Source of the DNA: Takakia lepidozioides | Taxonomy: Eukaryota; Plantae; Bryophyta | Direction of reading: 5' to 3' | NCBI GenBank assembly: GCA_030704615.1 | Contig: CM060734.1 | Coordinates: forward strand, 51,088,001 to 51,152,000 | DNA length: 64,000 nucleotides | In this document: piece by piece, positions 48,901 through 62,014 of the stretch | How the letters are laid out: every line of letters starts with the position of its first letter | Numbering within the stretch: the stretch's first letter is position 1 | The notes under the pieces: model-generated | Told to the model about the DNA's origin: nothing | The model's input: the letters and a program-made list of their open reading frames with translations, nothing else | The model's database searches: none | Made by a program: the position numbers and the translations under genes

Positions 48901-51900
48901 AGGCTAAAGAGCCAGGCGGTGGGGGGGAACTGTCTGTACCGGTCGCATTGCTATTCTCTGGAGGCCTGGATTCAATGATATTAGCAGCTCTGGCTGACGA
49001 GTGCATTCACCCTGATTGTAAGTCAGATGATTATGTTGCTTTGAATGTTTCTGGTGACCGACTGCAGTCTCTTTCGGTGAAGAAGAGCAGTTAGGAACCT
49101 CAGTAGTTTTAGTGTAGGGATTAGGATATATGCAGTGGAGCATCTTGGATACAGGGAACACTTGTCTGCCTGGTTACCTGCGGTGTGCTAAAGATCTATG
49201 TGTGATGTTCCAGTTGGCATTGACTTGCTCAATGTTAGTTTTGAGGGTGCTTCTGCACCAGACCGAATAACAGCCATTGCTGGCGTTGCAGAATTGCGGC
49301 AACTCTCACCCTCACGTAGGTATGCAATGTAGCAAAACCCCTGCCACCTCACATTGGACATGCGCTTGTATCCATGGCTTTGATGTGAACATGTTCATGC
49401 AGTATGCAGTAGTTCTCTAATGTTTTGAAAAGGCCTTGTTGAAGGAATTCCACTTGGATTGAGAAGATGTAAACATACTAAGGACAGTGCAAGTCAACTG
49501 AAGTTGGTCTCAAAGTGTTGCAAATGGCAGGTGGAGGTTGGTAGAGGTGGATGGAGACTTGGCTGCCATGGATAGCAATCAGTGCCACCTACGTTCCCTC
49601 ATTTGCCCCTCCAACACCTACATGGTTTGTATTAGTCTCTCTCAATACTAGATCCGCTCTCCTTGTTGGCATGGTTGCTTCAAGCATGGTAGTTAGGTTG
49701 CTTTTGCCCACCTATGCACCTTGTGTGGTCAGAATTGCCAATAACCCTATCTTGTAAAAACCCCTAAAAGACCACACCTGTAACCATCTGCAAGTTCAAC
49801 TGGCTCAATGTGGTGAACAAGCCTCCGCTAATTGGTGAATAAGATCTTGTGCACACCAGGAACATAGGTGGTAGTTGTTGGATTGAATATTCTTTTTGCT
49901 GCAGGATTTCAACATAGGGACAGCATTGTGGCTGGCTGCAAAGGGGGAAGGCTGGGTGCATGATACACCTGGAGGTCCCAATGCAAATGGAGTGACTTGC
50001 TCAGCAAGGACACAATTCAAGTCAGAAGCACGGGTGTTGTTAGTCGGAGCAGGTGCTGACGAGCAGTGTGGAGGGTATGGGCGTCACCGCACCAAATTCA
50101 GGCTAGGGGGGTAAGCTAATAATTGTTCTTTTGTTATGATATGCTGAGTGCATGCATCGGAATTGATCTATGAGCATTCATTGGTTCTCGTTGTGAAGGA
50201 ATTGATGATCCTGTGAATCATTGAAATGTCTGTTCTGCCATCTGTGTATTGCTACTTTGAATCATACTTGTGAGATATGAGCTTCCCTTAACGAAGCCTG
50301 TGGTGGGGGACACTAATCTGGACAGTGGGTGAAATGCAACCCCAGCACTGTGTGTTTCATTTCTGAGGATTATATGTAGCCCCAGTTGTTGTGAACTCTC
50401 CTCTCCCTCGCATTTCTACCTTACTAAGAAGGTCTCAAGACCTGCATCTGGTTAGAGAGCTGAGGACTTGCAATAAGACTCAGTTGGTAAAAACCTTTAA
50501 AGGTAAATGAGCCTTTGTGGTTAATTCTTCAGCAGATGGATTTGCTGCTTGGAGCTGCTGTTTACTTACTCATCCAAGGTTGAACCCTGATTGATGGGTT
50601 GTGTGCTGGTGTTAGAAGGTGGGAAGCACTACACGCAGAGATGAGGATAGATATGCATCGCATTTGGAAGCGAAATCTGGGCCGTGATGACCGCTGCATA
50701 GCTGACGTGGGCAAAGAGGTGAGTTTACTGCCAGTGGAAAGCATTTTTGTCGTTCAGTACATGGTCACTACTTATGGAATTGCAAGCACTAGTTATGGAA
50801 TTGCAAGAACTAGTTGAGCTGCTAAGCAGCTAAGGTCACCCAGGTTGTGATGGTCTTATACATCACTTCTGAATGTTTGGTCTGGGCTGCTTTCCTCATT
50901 TCTCTAGCATGAAAATCAGCTCATTAACGTGCATCAAACACGGACAGGTCTGAAGTTTAGTGGTTGGGTGCTGCTACAGGCTCGATTTCCCTTCCTTGAT
51001 GAAGACTTGGTGGACACACTTTTGGATCTACCACTCTGGGAGGTAGTAGATTTGCAGCAACCGCTAGGGGTTGGTGACAAGAAAATCCTCCGAGATGTGA
51101 GTTGAGAGCACTTCCGGTCATATTGTGTCTTGTGATCCATTCTCAAAGTCGTGTTTTAGCCAGCTTTGGAGAATGACTAGAGGATTCGCACTGCTTTTGT
51201 TAGCACTGGAGCTCCCTTTGGCTCACTCTTTTCACACCTACCTGTCCATCAGTCCCTCTATTACCTGCAACATGTCCTATTCTCTTTATAGAAGGAGGTA
51301 CCCTGGAAACTTGGCTTTTTGCATGCAACAGTTAGTTTGGGAACCCACTTAGTACAGAGAGAAAGCTCTCACACTAATTTTACTTGTATTTGTCGGAATT
51401 AAATTTTATTCACTTGATTTCATAGCAACATCTTAGTGCCTGATAGCTCCCCATATCGAACAGCTCAGTAGATGCTCTAACTGCTTGATAAAGTAGTCTT
51501 TTTTACAAGCAGTCGAATTTGTGTGTATTTCTGAGCAATCTGGGGTCCATGTTTGGTGGTCAAAACAGGTGGCTTTGAGTCTTGGATTGACATGTGCGGC
51601 AGCACTTCCTAAGCGCGCCATTCAGGTCATTTACTGAAATGCGTACATGATGGAGTTTTTCTGGTTAGGTATTAGAGCCTACAAGTGAGACATCATGTAA
51701 TCCCAAAGAGTGTGGGGAAGAATGGGTAGCCCTACTTAGTGCCAATGTACTGGTACCCACAAGCTTTATGTACTTAAACCAGTTGTTGTGCTTTTTATGC
51801 AGTTCGGCAGCCGTATTGCCCGCGAGTCAAACAAAAGGGAGTTTGGAAGTAATCGTGCAGCAAATCAAGCATCTGCAGGTAGTGCACTGCTGCCTGGTCC

Positions 51901-51916
51901 GGTTGGTCAAACTTGA
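45964..51916 (+). CDS. ASNSD1: Asparagine synthetase domain-containing protein (ASNSD1-like), multi-exon
   Basis: N-terminal MCGI, then RRRGPD, LQLRG, LVYNG|EVF, LRGPWALIYW, FGRDAIGRRSLL, LFSGGLDS, IDLLNVSF, APDR, GAGADEQCGGYGRHR, RNLGRDDR, ARFPFLDE, GDKKILR and PKRAIQ|FGSRIA. Confidence 0.92.
46135..46186 (+). mobile_element. 52-bp 3'-terminal stub of the LINE found at 59.2-60.05 kb
   Basis: 49/52 identical to 60003-60054 and ends in (CATTT)n. Confidence 0.8.
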
Positions 51917-53034
51917 TTGCGGGCCTACATGTGAGAAATTGCAAGCTGATTTGACTCTCACTTCACTTAGCCAGTTCTCCGCTATTGATGGTGGATCAGA
52001 TGCCTTGGGGCTTTCTACAAGCAAAAAACAATCACTGTAAAGTCCCAAAGAGGACAATAGCCCCTAAAGGCCTACAGCTGCAGAATCTGAACCTCTGGCC
52101 AAGTTTATTCAAAACTAAAAACATGCTAGATCTTGACGATTGAATCATGTGCCTATCTACATCTTCTACTTTCACCTAAAATTTCATGGCATTATGCTGT
52201 CAGAATTGGAATCTTATAACTTTATTGTGAGCATGAATAGTTTCTGCAATCATTGCAGAGTAGGAAAAATATTCACAAAATTGTTCAAAATTCTTAAATG
52301 GCTAAGCATGGCTGAATAAGTGTGCAACACATTTTTCTCCATGATGAAATGGCAAAGCATAGTGCAATCCGTTATGTCTCCCTCAACATGGAGTTTGAAT
52401 CATTATGTAAGGATACAGAATTGTTGACCATAGATAAGCATACTAGAATCCGATTTTGTGAGCAATACGTGCATTGTGGACAGGAAAAAGCACCTGCTTG
52501 GTTGAGCTACAGTTTGCACAAACATGGCACTGATATATGGGACGGCAAAGGCCTGTTTCTCAGGTGTCAATGGTGTTAGATTGTGTGGTGCGAACTTACT
52601 AACTACTGCTGACTGACTCTGTCATTAAAGGATGAATCCCTTAGGATAACAGTATAGGTTGGTATCACCTTGGACATTCACAGCTGCCCAATTTCTATTG
52701 CTCTCAAATATTGTTGGAGGAATCATCAGGTAAGAACAAATGTGATGTTGTCATTGCTGGAGTTTTCCTTTACGCTATGCTGCTCCAAGAGAACTTTCAG
52801 CATTCTTCAAGCCTACAATCTGTTACAGTATCAATTGCAATAAGGTTCTCCATGTTGACTTCACTGCTGTTGTTCCATGCATGGTGATCATAAGAATGGT
52901 CAGCTCATAGTAAGTGCAGAACAGATTGTCAAATCATTTCTTCCAATATTATTCTTTGCTCTCAAAAAACTTTGGATCACCATCTTCACCCTATTCTATT
53001 GTTTTAAGCAGTTAGTGTCATTTCTGTTATTGGA

Positions 53035-55502
53035 TCACCAGTAATCCCCACAAGAACAAACCCCATCTTGGAAGTGGTGAAAACGGTTTGTATCCCGCAC
53101 AACAATTTCACGTCCAACTATCTTCGAGATGAACTTGGTGGCCATGTGGCAGTCACCACACACCCGCAGGTTCTTGACGATGCGGATAGACATACCAGCT
53201 GGTGTGCTGATCAGCCCAAAAGCAATGGCCAACTTCTCACTGTGGTGGCAAAGGGATATTTCCTTTTGCTCCTCCTCCAATACAAAGCGTGTGTCAGGCC
53301 TCCTTCATCCGCCCAGACAATCTATTCAGCTCACCATGGATTTCCTCAATTTGTGGGTGCAACTTGTCCTCTACAACAAATGTATGCACCTGGTTCTCAA
53401 CCTGAATGTAACAACGCCCTCGCTCCTGTCTTATACCTCTCTCCTCCATCATTTTCTTCACCTTTTCCAAATCGTTCTGCTACCTCCAAATTGCCATGAA
53501 TTCTGCAGGCACCAAGCAAGGCACCCCACACCACAGCATCGGGTGCAATTGGCATTTTGTTAATAAAGTCCTCTGCCTCATCCACTTGCCCTGCACGGCC
53601 TAGAAGGTCCACCATGCAGCCAAAATGCTCCACTGTAGGAGTGAGGCCATGATCTTGAGTCATGGACTCGAAGTAGTGATGGCCTTCATCCACTAGGCCC
53701 ACACGGGAGCATGCAGACAGAACACCTGTAAATGTGACACTGTTTGGCTTCAAACCTTTCTGTTCCATTTGTTCAAATAGCTGGAGGGCCTCCCTGCCGC
53801 AACCATGCTGACCATAACCTGTTATGATTGCATTCCATGACACCACATCTCCCGTAGCCATATCCTCAAACACTTGATGCACATCCTTCATGCTCCCACC
53901 TTTGGCATACATGTTGACAAGGGCAGTCTCCACAATGATATCAGGTAGAATTGCAGCTTTGATGATTTCAGCATGGACCTCTTTGCCCTTTTCCAGAGCT
54001 GCCAGGCTTGCACACGCATTGAGAGCACAAATGAATGTGATCTTATCAGGAATCACCCCTTCCCATATCATTTGCTCATAGATCTTGAAAGCCTCCATAC
54101 CACACCCATGCTGAGCGTATCCAGCGATCATTGCATTCCATGCAGACACATCTCGGTCAGCCATCTTGTCAAATACTTGACGTGCATAATTCATGCTCCC
54201 ACATTTGGCATACATGTGGACCAGAGCACTGTCCAGAATGACATCCTGCGCAATTCCAGCTTTGATGATGTCAGCATGGACCTGTTTGCCCTCTTCCAAA
54301 GCTCCCAAGCTGGCACAGACATTGAGAATGGAACTGAAGGTGACCTTGTTAGGCATCACCCCATCCTGTATCATTTGCTCATAGCTCTCAAAAGCCTTCT
54401 TAAAATATCCATGCTGTGCATATCCTGCAATCATCGCACTCCATGAGACCACGTTTCGTTCAGCCATGTTGTTAAACACTCGGCATGCATCCTCTATGCT
54501 CCCACATTTCGCATACATGTCCAAAAGGGAAGTCTCCAGAATGATGTCTGGCACAATTCCAGCTTTGTTGATGTCAGCATGGACCTCTTTGCCCTTTTCC
54601 AGGGATGCCAGGCTGGCACATGCATTGAGAGCACAGATGAACGTGACATTGTTGGGCATCATCTCTTCCCATATCATTTGCTCATAGATCTCAAGAGCCT
54701 CCATACCACACCCGTGCTGTGTATATCCCGTGATCATTGCATTCCATGAGACCACATTCCGTTGAGCCATATTGTCAAACACTTGACGTGCATCTCTTAT
54801 GCTCCCACATTTGGCATACATGGCACAAAGGGCAGTCTCCAGAATAATATCTGGCAAAATTCCAGCTTTTGTGATTTCCGCATTGACCTCTTTGCCCTTG
54901 CCCAAGACTCCTAGGCTGCCACACACCTTGAGAATGCAAATGAATGTAACTTTATCAGGCGTCACCCCTTCCTGTATCATTTTCTCATAGAGCTCAAAAG
55001 CCTCCACAGCACACTCATGTTGAGCATATCCTGCTATCATTATTGTCCATGTAAACACATTTCTTGTAGGCATTTCTTCAAATACTAGGCGTGCATCGAC
55101 TATGCTACCGCACTTGGCATACATGTTGACAAGGGTGTTCAGCAGAAAGGTGCTTAGCTTGAGTCTACTCCGCATAAGGTGGGAGTGCACCTGCTCTCCC
55201 ATTTGAAGGTTATCGATTTTGATGCACTGCTGCAAGAGCGAGATATAAGTATTGGAGTCTACCGAATTGCGTTCTTCGCTTAAAATGTTCAGCACTTCTT
55301 TGTGTTTTCCGGCCTTAAATAGTGCCATCACACCCCCAGAAGATTTTTTGTTGACTTCGTAACCAGACTGTGCTTGACCATGTATCGTGGAAGCTAGTGC
55401 TGCGTTCACCCAAGACGGGTTTGAGCAACCCTCAATCCAAAGGGCCTCATTAGAGTGCTTATGTCTGAAGTCTGGTGATCTTGGAGTTCTCTGAAAAACC
55501 AC
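53035..55502 (-). pseudogene. PLS-class PPR protein with E/E+/DYW domains, disrupted by deletions in the E and early DYW regions
   Basis: P-L-S triplets with a 303-bp period. The DYW tail [24 protein letters not shown] is intact but out of frame with the PPR ORF. The true start probably lies upstream, since the ORF begins at GTG. Confidence 0.88.
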
Positions 55503-57658
55503 CAGTGATCAGCTGAGCACTCATAGCTTCAACCACAGTACTGGACAGACAAGGCTCCAAGCATCTTTCACAGATTAGCAACAACTTATGTTACACCTAT
55601 GAATAGAACAGAAAGGAATGCTTTAGCTGCTTCTTCATGACAAAGAGCAAGATCATCATTATTTGAAGGGACTGAACATATAAATTTAGTCCACAAACAT
55701 CAGCAAGCCAGTTTCAGGCATTAGATTACCTTGACAACTCTTTCACGTCCTAGATGAAAACAGTCTCACCTTATCCAGCCTGTTCATGAAACATTTGAGA
55801 AGAACTCCTGCCAGAGTTGTTCTTTGCTTGTTGCTTGACCTGCACACTACAAGGACATGACAACTTAGCCAGGTTTTGATTTCCTCAGGCTCTATTGAGG
55901 AGAGCTAGTGCTTGAACATGGATCTTCAGCAACTCTTAATTTACTTCAGTCTTCTTGAGGAAGGCCTACTGTAGCCTCTACCCCGCCATTCATCTCTCTC
56001 TCACACTCTCTCTCTCCTTTGGGCATCCTAAGGCCATAATAAACTTCTTTCTTTCTCTCCCCTTTTCTTGACTGCCAAAGCAATCACAGCCACATGTGTC
56101 ATCTTATAGCAATTCAGTGTAACTTGCTTGTAGTTGGTTCCATACCTGGAAGCTAGATACCCCACAACTGCCTCCATTAGGCTTGATATATCGCGGGGAC
56201 AATGCCCTGGGGGGTCGTCAGAGCCAATGTTCCCAGGGACTGTTAATGAGTACATCCCTCTCTTTCCCCTTTATCCACCCGTGAGTGTGATTGGCGCTTT
56301 GCACTGCTCCAGAGGCGCCACAGAAATATGTGTCACGTCTGTCTTAGCTAGCCCTCTAAACTAAGGAATCATCTGAAATGCTTGCACCTGTTGAAAATTG
56401 TGGCGAGATTTGGGATGGGAATTTTCCCAGGGCCACATTAAGCAACGCATGTAAGTGCCTCTCTCTCTCTCGTACAACGAATGGAATGACGATACATGCA
56501 TCACAAACTTCAGCAATTTCAGCAGATCCTCAAGGACCTCATGCTGCGAGCATACGACCAAAAGTGACACATTCCATCAAATGGGTGCTAGTCTGTGCTC
56601 GGATGGGTCACAGGACAATACGGAGCCTGCATCGCTCCGACGCAGACAGCTTATGACGCCAAAAAAAAAAACTCGCACAGATTTCCATGTCCATACCTTT
56701 CTCCGATATTCCTGGCGGGTGGGGACACGGCAGAGCCAACAGTCGCAAGGGTCTGGAGCCCGACATTGCCAAGCTTCCGGACACCCATTTCAGCTGCACA
56801 TCCTGGCTCGTCAATCCGGTGCAGGATGTGAGGGTTGGTGCCCATTCAGCGCAAGGAGAAGAGCAGGCCTTGTGTGTGGCCTCTCCCGCATGAGCTGCTG
56901 AGCTCGCTGCCATCCTTCGCTCTTGCACCAGACATGACTCCACCAACACTCTTGTTTTTCTGGTTTTTTTTTGCTTTTTCGCTTTGTTTTAATTTCAGGG
57001 AACAAGACGAAACGGAAACGAGGAGGTGGGAAGGCAAATTCCAAACCGGGGATTGGCTCCAAAGCATGGCAGTCTGTCTGGACAGCCTGGTGCAAAATGA
57101 GAGGGTTCCTCTTCCAAAAATTACCTTCTTCTTTCGATGAAGTTATGAGACAACCATTATTTGCTAACTTCAAAGAGAGATTCAGAGGTGCTCATTCCAT
57201 GCTCATCCCGTTGGGCACATTGGGAGGCTGCGGGCTTGTCTCACTTGCTGCATTTTTGGGACATGGATTCTGGTGCTATCATTCCCCCTTCGGCTTCCTG
57301 CCTCTTGGATTACCTGTCTTTCTCAGCAAAATACCTTCAATCTGCCTCGTTGGCTTGGCTTCACTGTGGGCTCCGTTAACAAAGCTTTCTATGCTGCCAC
57401 CAGAAGCCCCGGACACTTTTCTGGCGTTACTTTTCAAGTGCAGTCAAATGGCCTTTTTGTGCAATCCAATTCCTCAGTTGCATTCAGCCACCTCAGCTCT
57501 TTTTGACATAAGAGTTTTTTGCTGTAGCTATCTAACCCTACCCACCCTAGGAGCTGCACACTATACTGGTTCCTTCATTTGGTTCCTTTCAGCGCCTATT
57601 AGGTTGCTGCAATTTGACCCGGGAGGATGAATAAGAAACACTACCACTTCTTCTCTTA

Positions 57659-58191
57659 GGCCCCCGCCGCACCAGCCTGCTATCGCCTGCTACACTCCTA
57701 CTAACTACTGCTACATAGAAAATTGCGGCCGCACTAACATGTTTAAAATGTTTTAGCCATAACTATAGTTATCTATCCTAAAAACTTCCTTCCTACTTTA
57801 GAGCGAATCTAGCCCTACCCCCCCCCCTAGGGCTAAATCTAAACAGGCACGCCGTTTTTGGGCAGATGCCCGCGCCATTCTCTGCCATCGCCATTCCCAT
57901 TCGCCATTGAAAGCCTCGAGTAATGTGCAGCATTGTGCTCCTAGCTCGTGATCTTGTCTCGTCGTTGCTCTTTTGGCTATGGCGAAAAGGAAGGAGGCGT
58001 GAGAATATGGCGAGAGGAAGTCGGGCGGGGGCAGGCGAACGCAGGTTTAAAACTAACAATATGCACTAACAACATGTTAAGCTAAAATGTTGGTGCGGCA
58101 GGGATATTGTTAGTTGGATCAGCTGTTATGAAAACGGGCCTGCTAACCGTTAGCAGGTGTTCTACGCTAACAGCCCGGTGCGGCGGGGGCC
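57659..58191. mobile_element. PIF/Harbinger (Tourist-like) MITE, 533 bp
   Basis: Perfect 15-bp TIR GGCCCCCGCCGCACC / GGTGCGGCGGGGGCC, with TTA on both flanks. Confidence 0.88.
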
Positions 58192-59199
58192 TTACACTGT
58201 TAAACCTGGGTATTCGCTGCTAGTGTCCAAACAGACCTTTCAAGGCAAATGGCAGCAAAAATGGGCCCACTCTTCTAGCAACAAGATATCCTAGAAAGAT
58301 GTTTGGGTAGATATCTGGAAAAAACATAGGCCAGCTAAGATTTCTGGTTTCCTTTGGAAGATCGTGAATAGAATAGTGAATGTTGGTGCTTCTATCGCAG
58401 ACCCTCCTTCCAAGTGCCTTGTATGTAGCCTCAACCTTGTGGAGACATCGAGCATTGCTTGGCACTTTGCCCTTTTGCTGTTGCGGTCTGGACCAGAGCC
58501 TTCTCCATCTACTCTCGTTGGAACCCTACTCTTCCATTCTCTACCTCTGCTGTGCTTTTGAACATCAAAAATGGTATCCAGTTTTGTTCTTGCCCTGTAT
58601 GGGAGACTTTAAGGGGTACCATTTTGTGGCACATTTGGCAGATGAGATATTCTGTTGTGTTTCAAAATTCTATGCCCTATCTGCAGAAGCTGCTGCATTT
58701 GGCTCACTAAAACCTCATGTCTGAGGCTCGTAAATGTTGGTTGACTCTTGTTACAGCTTTGCCAAAATGTGGAACTAGGAGGGGAGCCAAGCTCATCTCT
58801 GCCTTCGACAGTTCTTGGGGAAAAGGGGAAGTGTTCTGCATGAGAATTTCCGATACCAAAATCGAATGGGCTAAGTGTCTCCAAGCCTGTGGGGAGCTCG
58901 GTTAGCAATTGTTCTTTCCTTTGGGTCAGGATGGAGCAGGGATCAGCTGGCGGAACCAGAAGCCTTTTTTGAGGAAGGGGAAATCAGAAGCTCAGCTTTC
59001 TTTTGAGCCTTCTAAAAGGAAGAGGAGTAGCTCTTAATTGCTTAACCCTTTCTTTGTGCTTTAGCATCCTAATTTGGATGGCTTTTGGGTAATTCGCCTT
59101 AGAGCAGGTTGATTGTAGCTCTTTAGGCTGTAGTGCTCCATAGCTTCTGTGGTGCCTTGCAGTGGCTGCAGGCTGGCCCTCTCTTTTGTTGCTTTCTCT

Positions 59200-60054
59200 C
59201 TCTACTCCATCTCACATACTGAGTGCTGACTCTCGCATGCGTGCCACTGCAAACTGAGGCCCTCTTCCAGCATACAATTTTCCTGCATAGGTTGCAAGCC
59301 CTTCCCCCCAAGAGACTTGTGGCCAGAGCTCTCGCAACATCTATTAGGCTCAAAAATACAGGTTTCAAATCCTGGTATGCTCACGTCGATATCTTTTTTG
59401 AACGCCATGGACTATCTATTGCTTCACTATTGCCAATGAATCCACAAGGGATGGACATCACATCCAAGCATGACCGCAATTCAGACTCATTAGAAAGGAG
59501 CTCAACTTCATGTCAGGAGAACTTGGAAATTACCCAATCTCACGACAAAGCTCCATTTCTATCAAGAAACATTCCCGGTTCTCCGAGATGATAGAATCTT
59601 GCGGCCCGATTACCTTTCGGCATCTTTATCTCCTTCTCTCCTGAGGGCATTGGGGTGGTTCAGGGTGGGCTCCCACAATCTACGAATAGAGACTGGCAGA
59701 TGGGAAAACCTGCAACGAGAAGACAGCCTATGTCCAGCTTGCATAGGGTGCAACCAGGAAATTGAAACTGAAGAACACTTCTTCTTCTATTACCTTCTAT
59801 ACTATGAGATCCGTGGGAGATTCCATTGTCTATTCCGTGGAACCCAATCTCTCACTGAAGTCTTTCACTATGAATATCAGAAATGCTTGGCAGCATACCT
59901 ACACAAGGCACTCACCCTTAGATAATCGCTCGAACAATAGATCTTTTCTCTGGCTCTGGTTTTCTATTTCCTCTCTCAGATTTTCTTTCCATTTTGTCCC
60001 ATAAGCTCTATTAGCTTTCCGCGGATGTTATAAAGCACTATTTCATTTCATTTC
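59200..60054 (+). mobile_element. 5'-truncated RTE/RTEX-type LINE, 3' end
   Basis: FRVGSHNLRIETGRW..CPAC..ETEEHFF (C-terminal Zn-knuckle region) and a (CATTT)n microsatellite tail, with frameshifts. Confidence 0.78.
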
Positions 60055-60456
60055 TCTCGTTTTTCAATCCCTAGACTTTTTCTCTCCCATGCCTTGGTGC
60101 CTTCCTCCCTTAGTGTTTCTGGCTCGGAGTGGAACCTCAGTAATCTGCCTCCATGGTTCTTCGTAAGGTTATTTTTTCCTTACCTTTTAATCAAGTTTTC
60201 CAGGGCCACTGTCCCCTGTTCTCTAAAATTGAAAATTATTAAAAAAAAAACGATGGAAGTTCCCCCACAGTAAGCCCCTGGGGTGGTTATTTTTTCCACC
60301 TTTGATGACTCTTTATTCATTTAATTTGACGAAAAGGGCCTATATCCCCTTTCTCTTCAATAAAAAATAATTAAAAATAATTAAAAAAAAACGAGAAAGA
60401 CAACGGGACAACAAGGTGGCCCAAGAGCAGCTTTTCTTTGTTTGTTTCCAAGCATA

Positions 60457-60911
60457 CTAGGGTAGCTTGTGCCATTGGCCCAAGTGTCCGGTGTCATCTA
60501 ATTCCAAGTGCAATCGGCCCCTATGTATCCCAATGTGTCTCCTATGTCAAGGCCCAAGTGCGACCTCTAGGGTAGCCTGTGCCGTTGGCCAAAGTGTCCA
60601 GTGTCATCTAAGTCCAAATGCAATCGGTTCCTATGTATCCCAATGCATCTCTTATGTCAAGGCCCAAGTGCCACCTCTAGGGTTGCTGTTGGCCCAAATG
60701 TCCAATATCATCTAAGTCCAAATGCAAGATCTCATATGTATCCCAATGCGTCTCCTATGTCGAGGCCCAAGTGCGACCTCTAGGGTAGCTTGTGCCGTTG
60801 GCCTAAGTGTCCAGTGTCATCTAAGTCCAAGTACGATTCCTTATGTATCTAAGTGCGTCTCCCATGCCGAGGCTAAAGTGCGACCTCTAGGGTAGCATGT
60901 GTTGTTGGCCC
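60457..60911. repeat. Tandem repeat, ~4.2 x 103-110 bp
   Basis: Units starting CTAGGGT at 60457, 60567, 60677, 60780 and 60887. Confidence 0.92.
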
Positions 60912-62014
60912 TGATAAGGCCATCTTGGTGAGTAGGAAGATAGACAACAGTTGCAAGCATCGGTCTCCCGTGATCCGTTCCTGAACGTGAGCTCCTAGCG
61001 AAGATCAATATCATGGCTAATTCATGGCAAAAGATGGCGGTTCTAGCTGTCCTCTGTATGTCGGCAATGCTCAACGGAGCTCAAGCACAGAACCAGGTCC
61101 TCATTTTTCAATCTTCCGCAGTTACCTGCTGATCAAATACTTTTTGTCAGTGAATTTTAGTATGGTGCTTCCATGGCAAGATTTTGCAGTCATCTTCATG
61201 TCTTGCAGCAGATTCTCGATAATCAACCTGTCCATTGTTGTGGGTGCTTTTGGAGTTGAGTGTCATAGATATATTATGGTTATCTAGGTATCAGGTTAAA
61301 GTCAGACATCCATAACCGGCTGATATAAAAAATATCAACTATCCGTGCAACACTAATAGATACCTTCGGCTGCACTTTTTAAATAAAAAAAAAAACAAAT
61401 TTCACTTTTTGTTCAAATTTTTAACTCATACCCGCCTACTACTCGTGGATTTGGATGAAGCGTGCTATTGGTATGCTTTCGACATGTATCCTATGCATTT
61501 ATTGTTCCAATTTCCAACAGACGAAGATACAAATGATTAATCCATGGATGTGTGTGTATGTTGTGGCATGACCGTTCAAAACAGACTATTGGTAATTTTC
61601 TTGCAAGTTGCTGGGCAATACAATTTCGCAGCAGTACTATTCTCAGTGCCAACTGAGAGGTAAATAATGAGGGGTGGTTGAGGTCCTCGCAACTAGATCT
61701 CAATAATTATTTAGTCAACATCAACGGGGAGCTGATGCCTTTCTAGTGCCACCATCGTCCCCCTAGCTGGTGATTAGGCCCCTCTAACACCGGATAACTG
61801 ACAAGTATCCACCCTAATAAGATCATTGCTTGGTCTTCAATCGCACAAGGCCCAGTATCTGAAGTCGATAGATCAAGAGGTCGGGTGCAAAAGTAGCCCC
61901 ATCGTTAGTCGTCTTCTTGCAATCCATGGCTTTCACAGGGGTATCCATTCGCCCACTAGCTAGACCTTGGGTACTTGTCAACCTCACCATTGTCATGTCC
62001 ACTATCTGTGTCCA

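Noticed and set aside
53035-53280. Stand-alone DYW gene or U-to-C (KP-type) DYW variant
   Set aside because: The ORF starts at TTG within a deletion-disrupted gene, and its motifs are canonical HSE/DYW.
53890-54990. Repeated plus-strand ORFs (MLPHLAYM...)
   Set aside because: Antisense shadows of the PPR P-L-S triplets.
56971-57630. 219-aa hydrophobic ORF
   Set aside because: Non-ATG start, no recognisable motif and no supportable gene structure.
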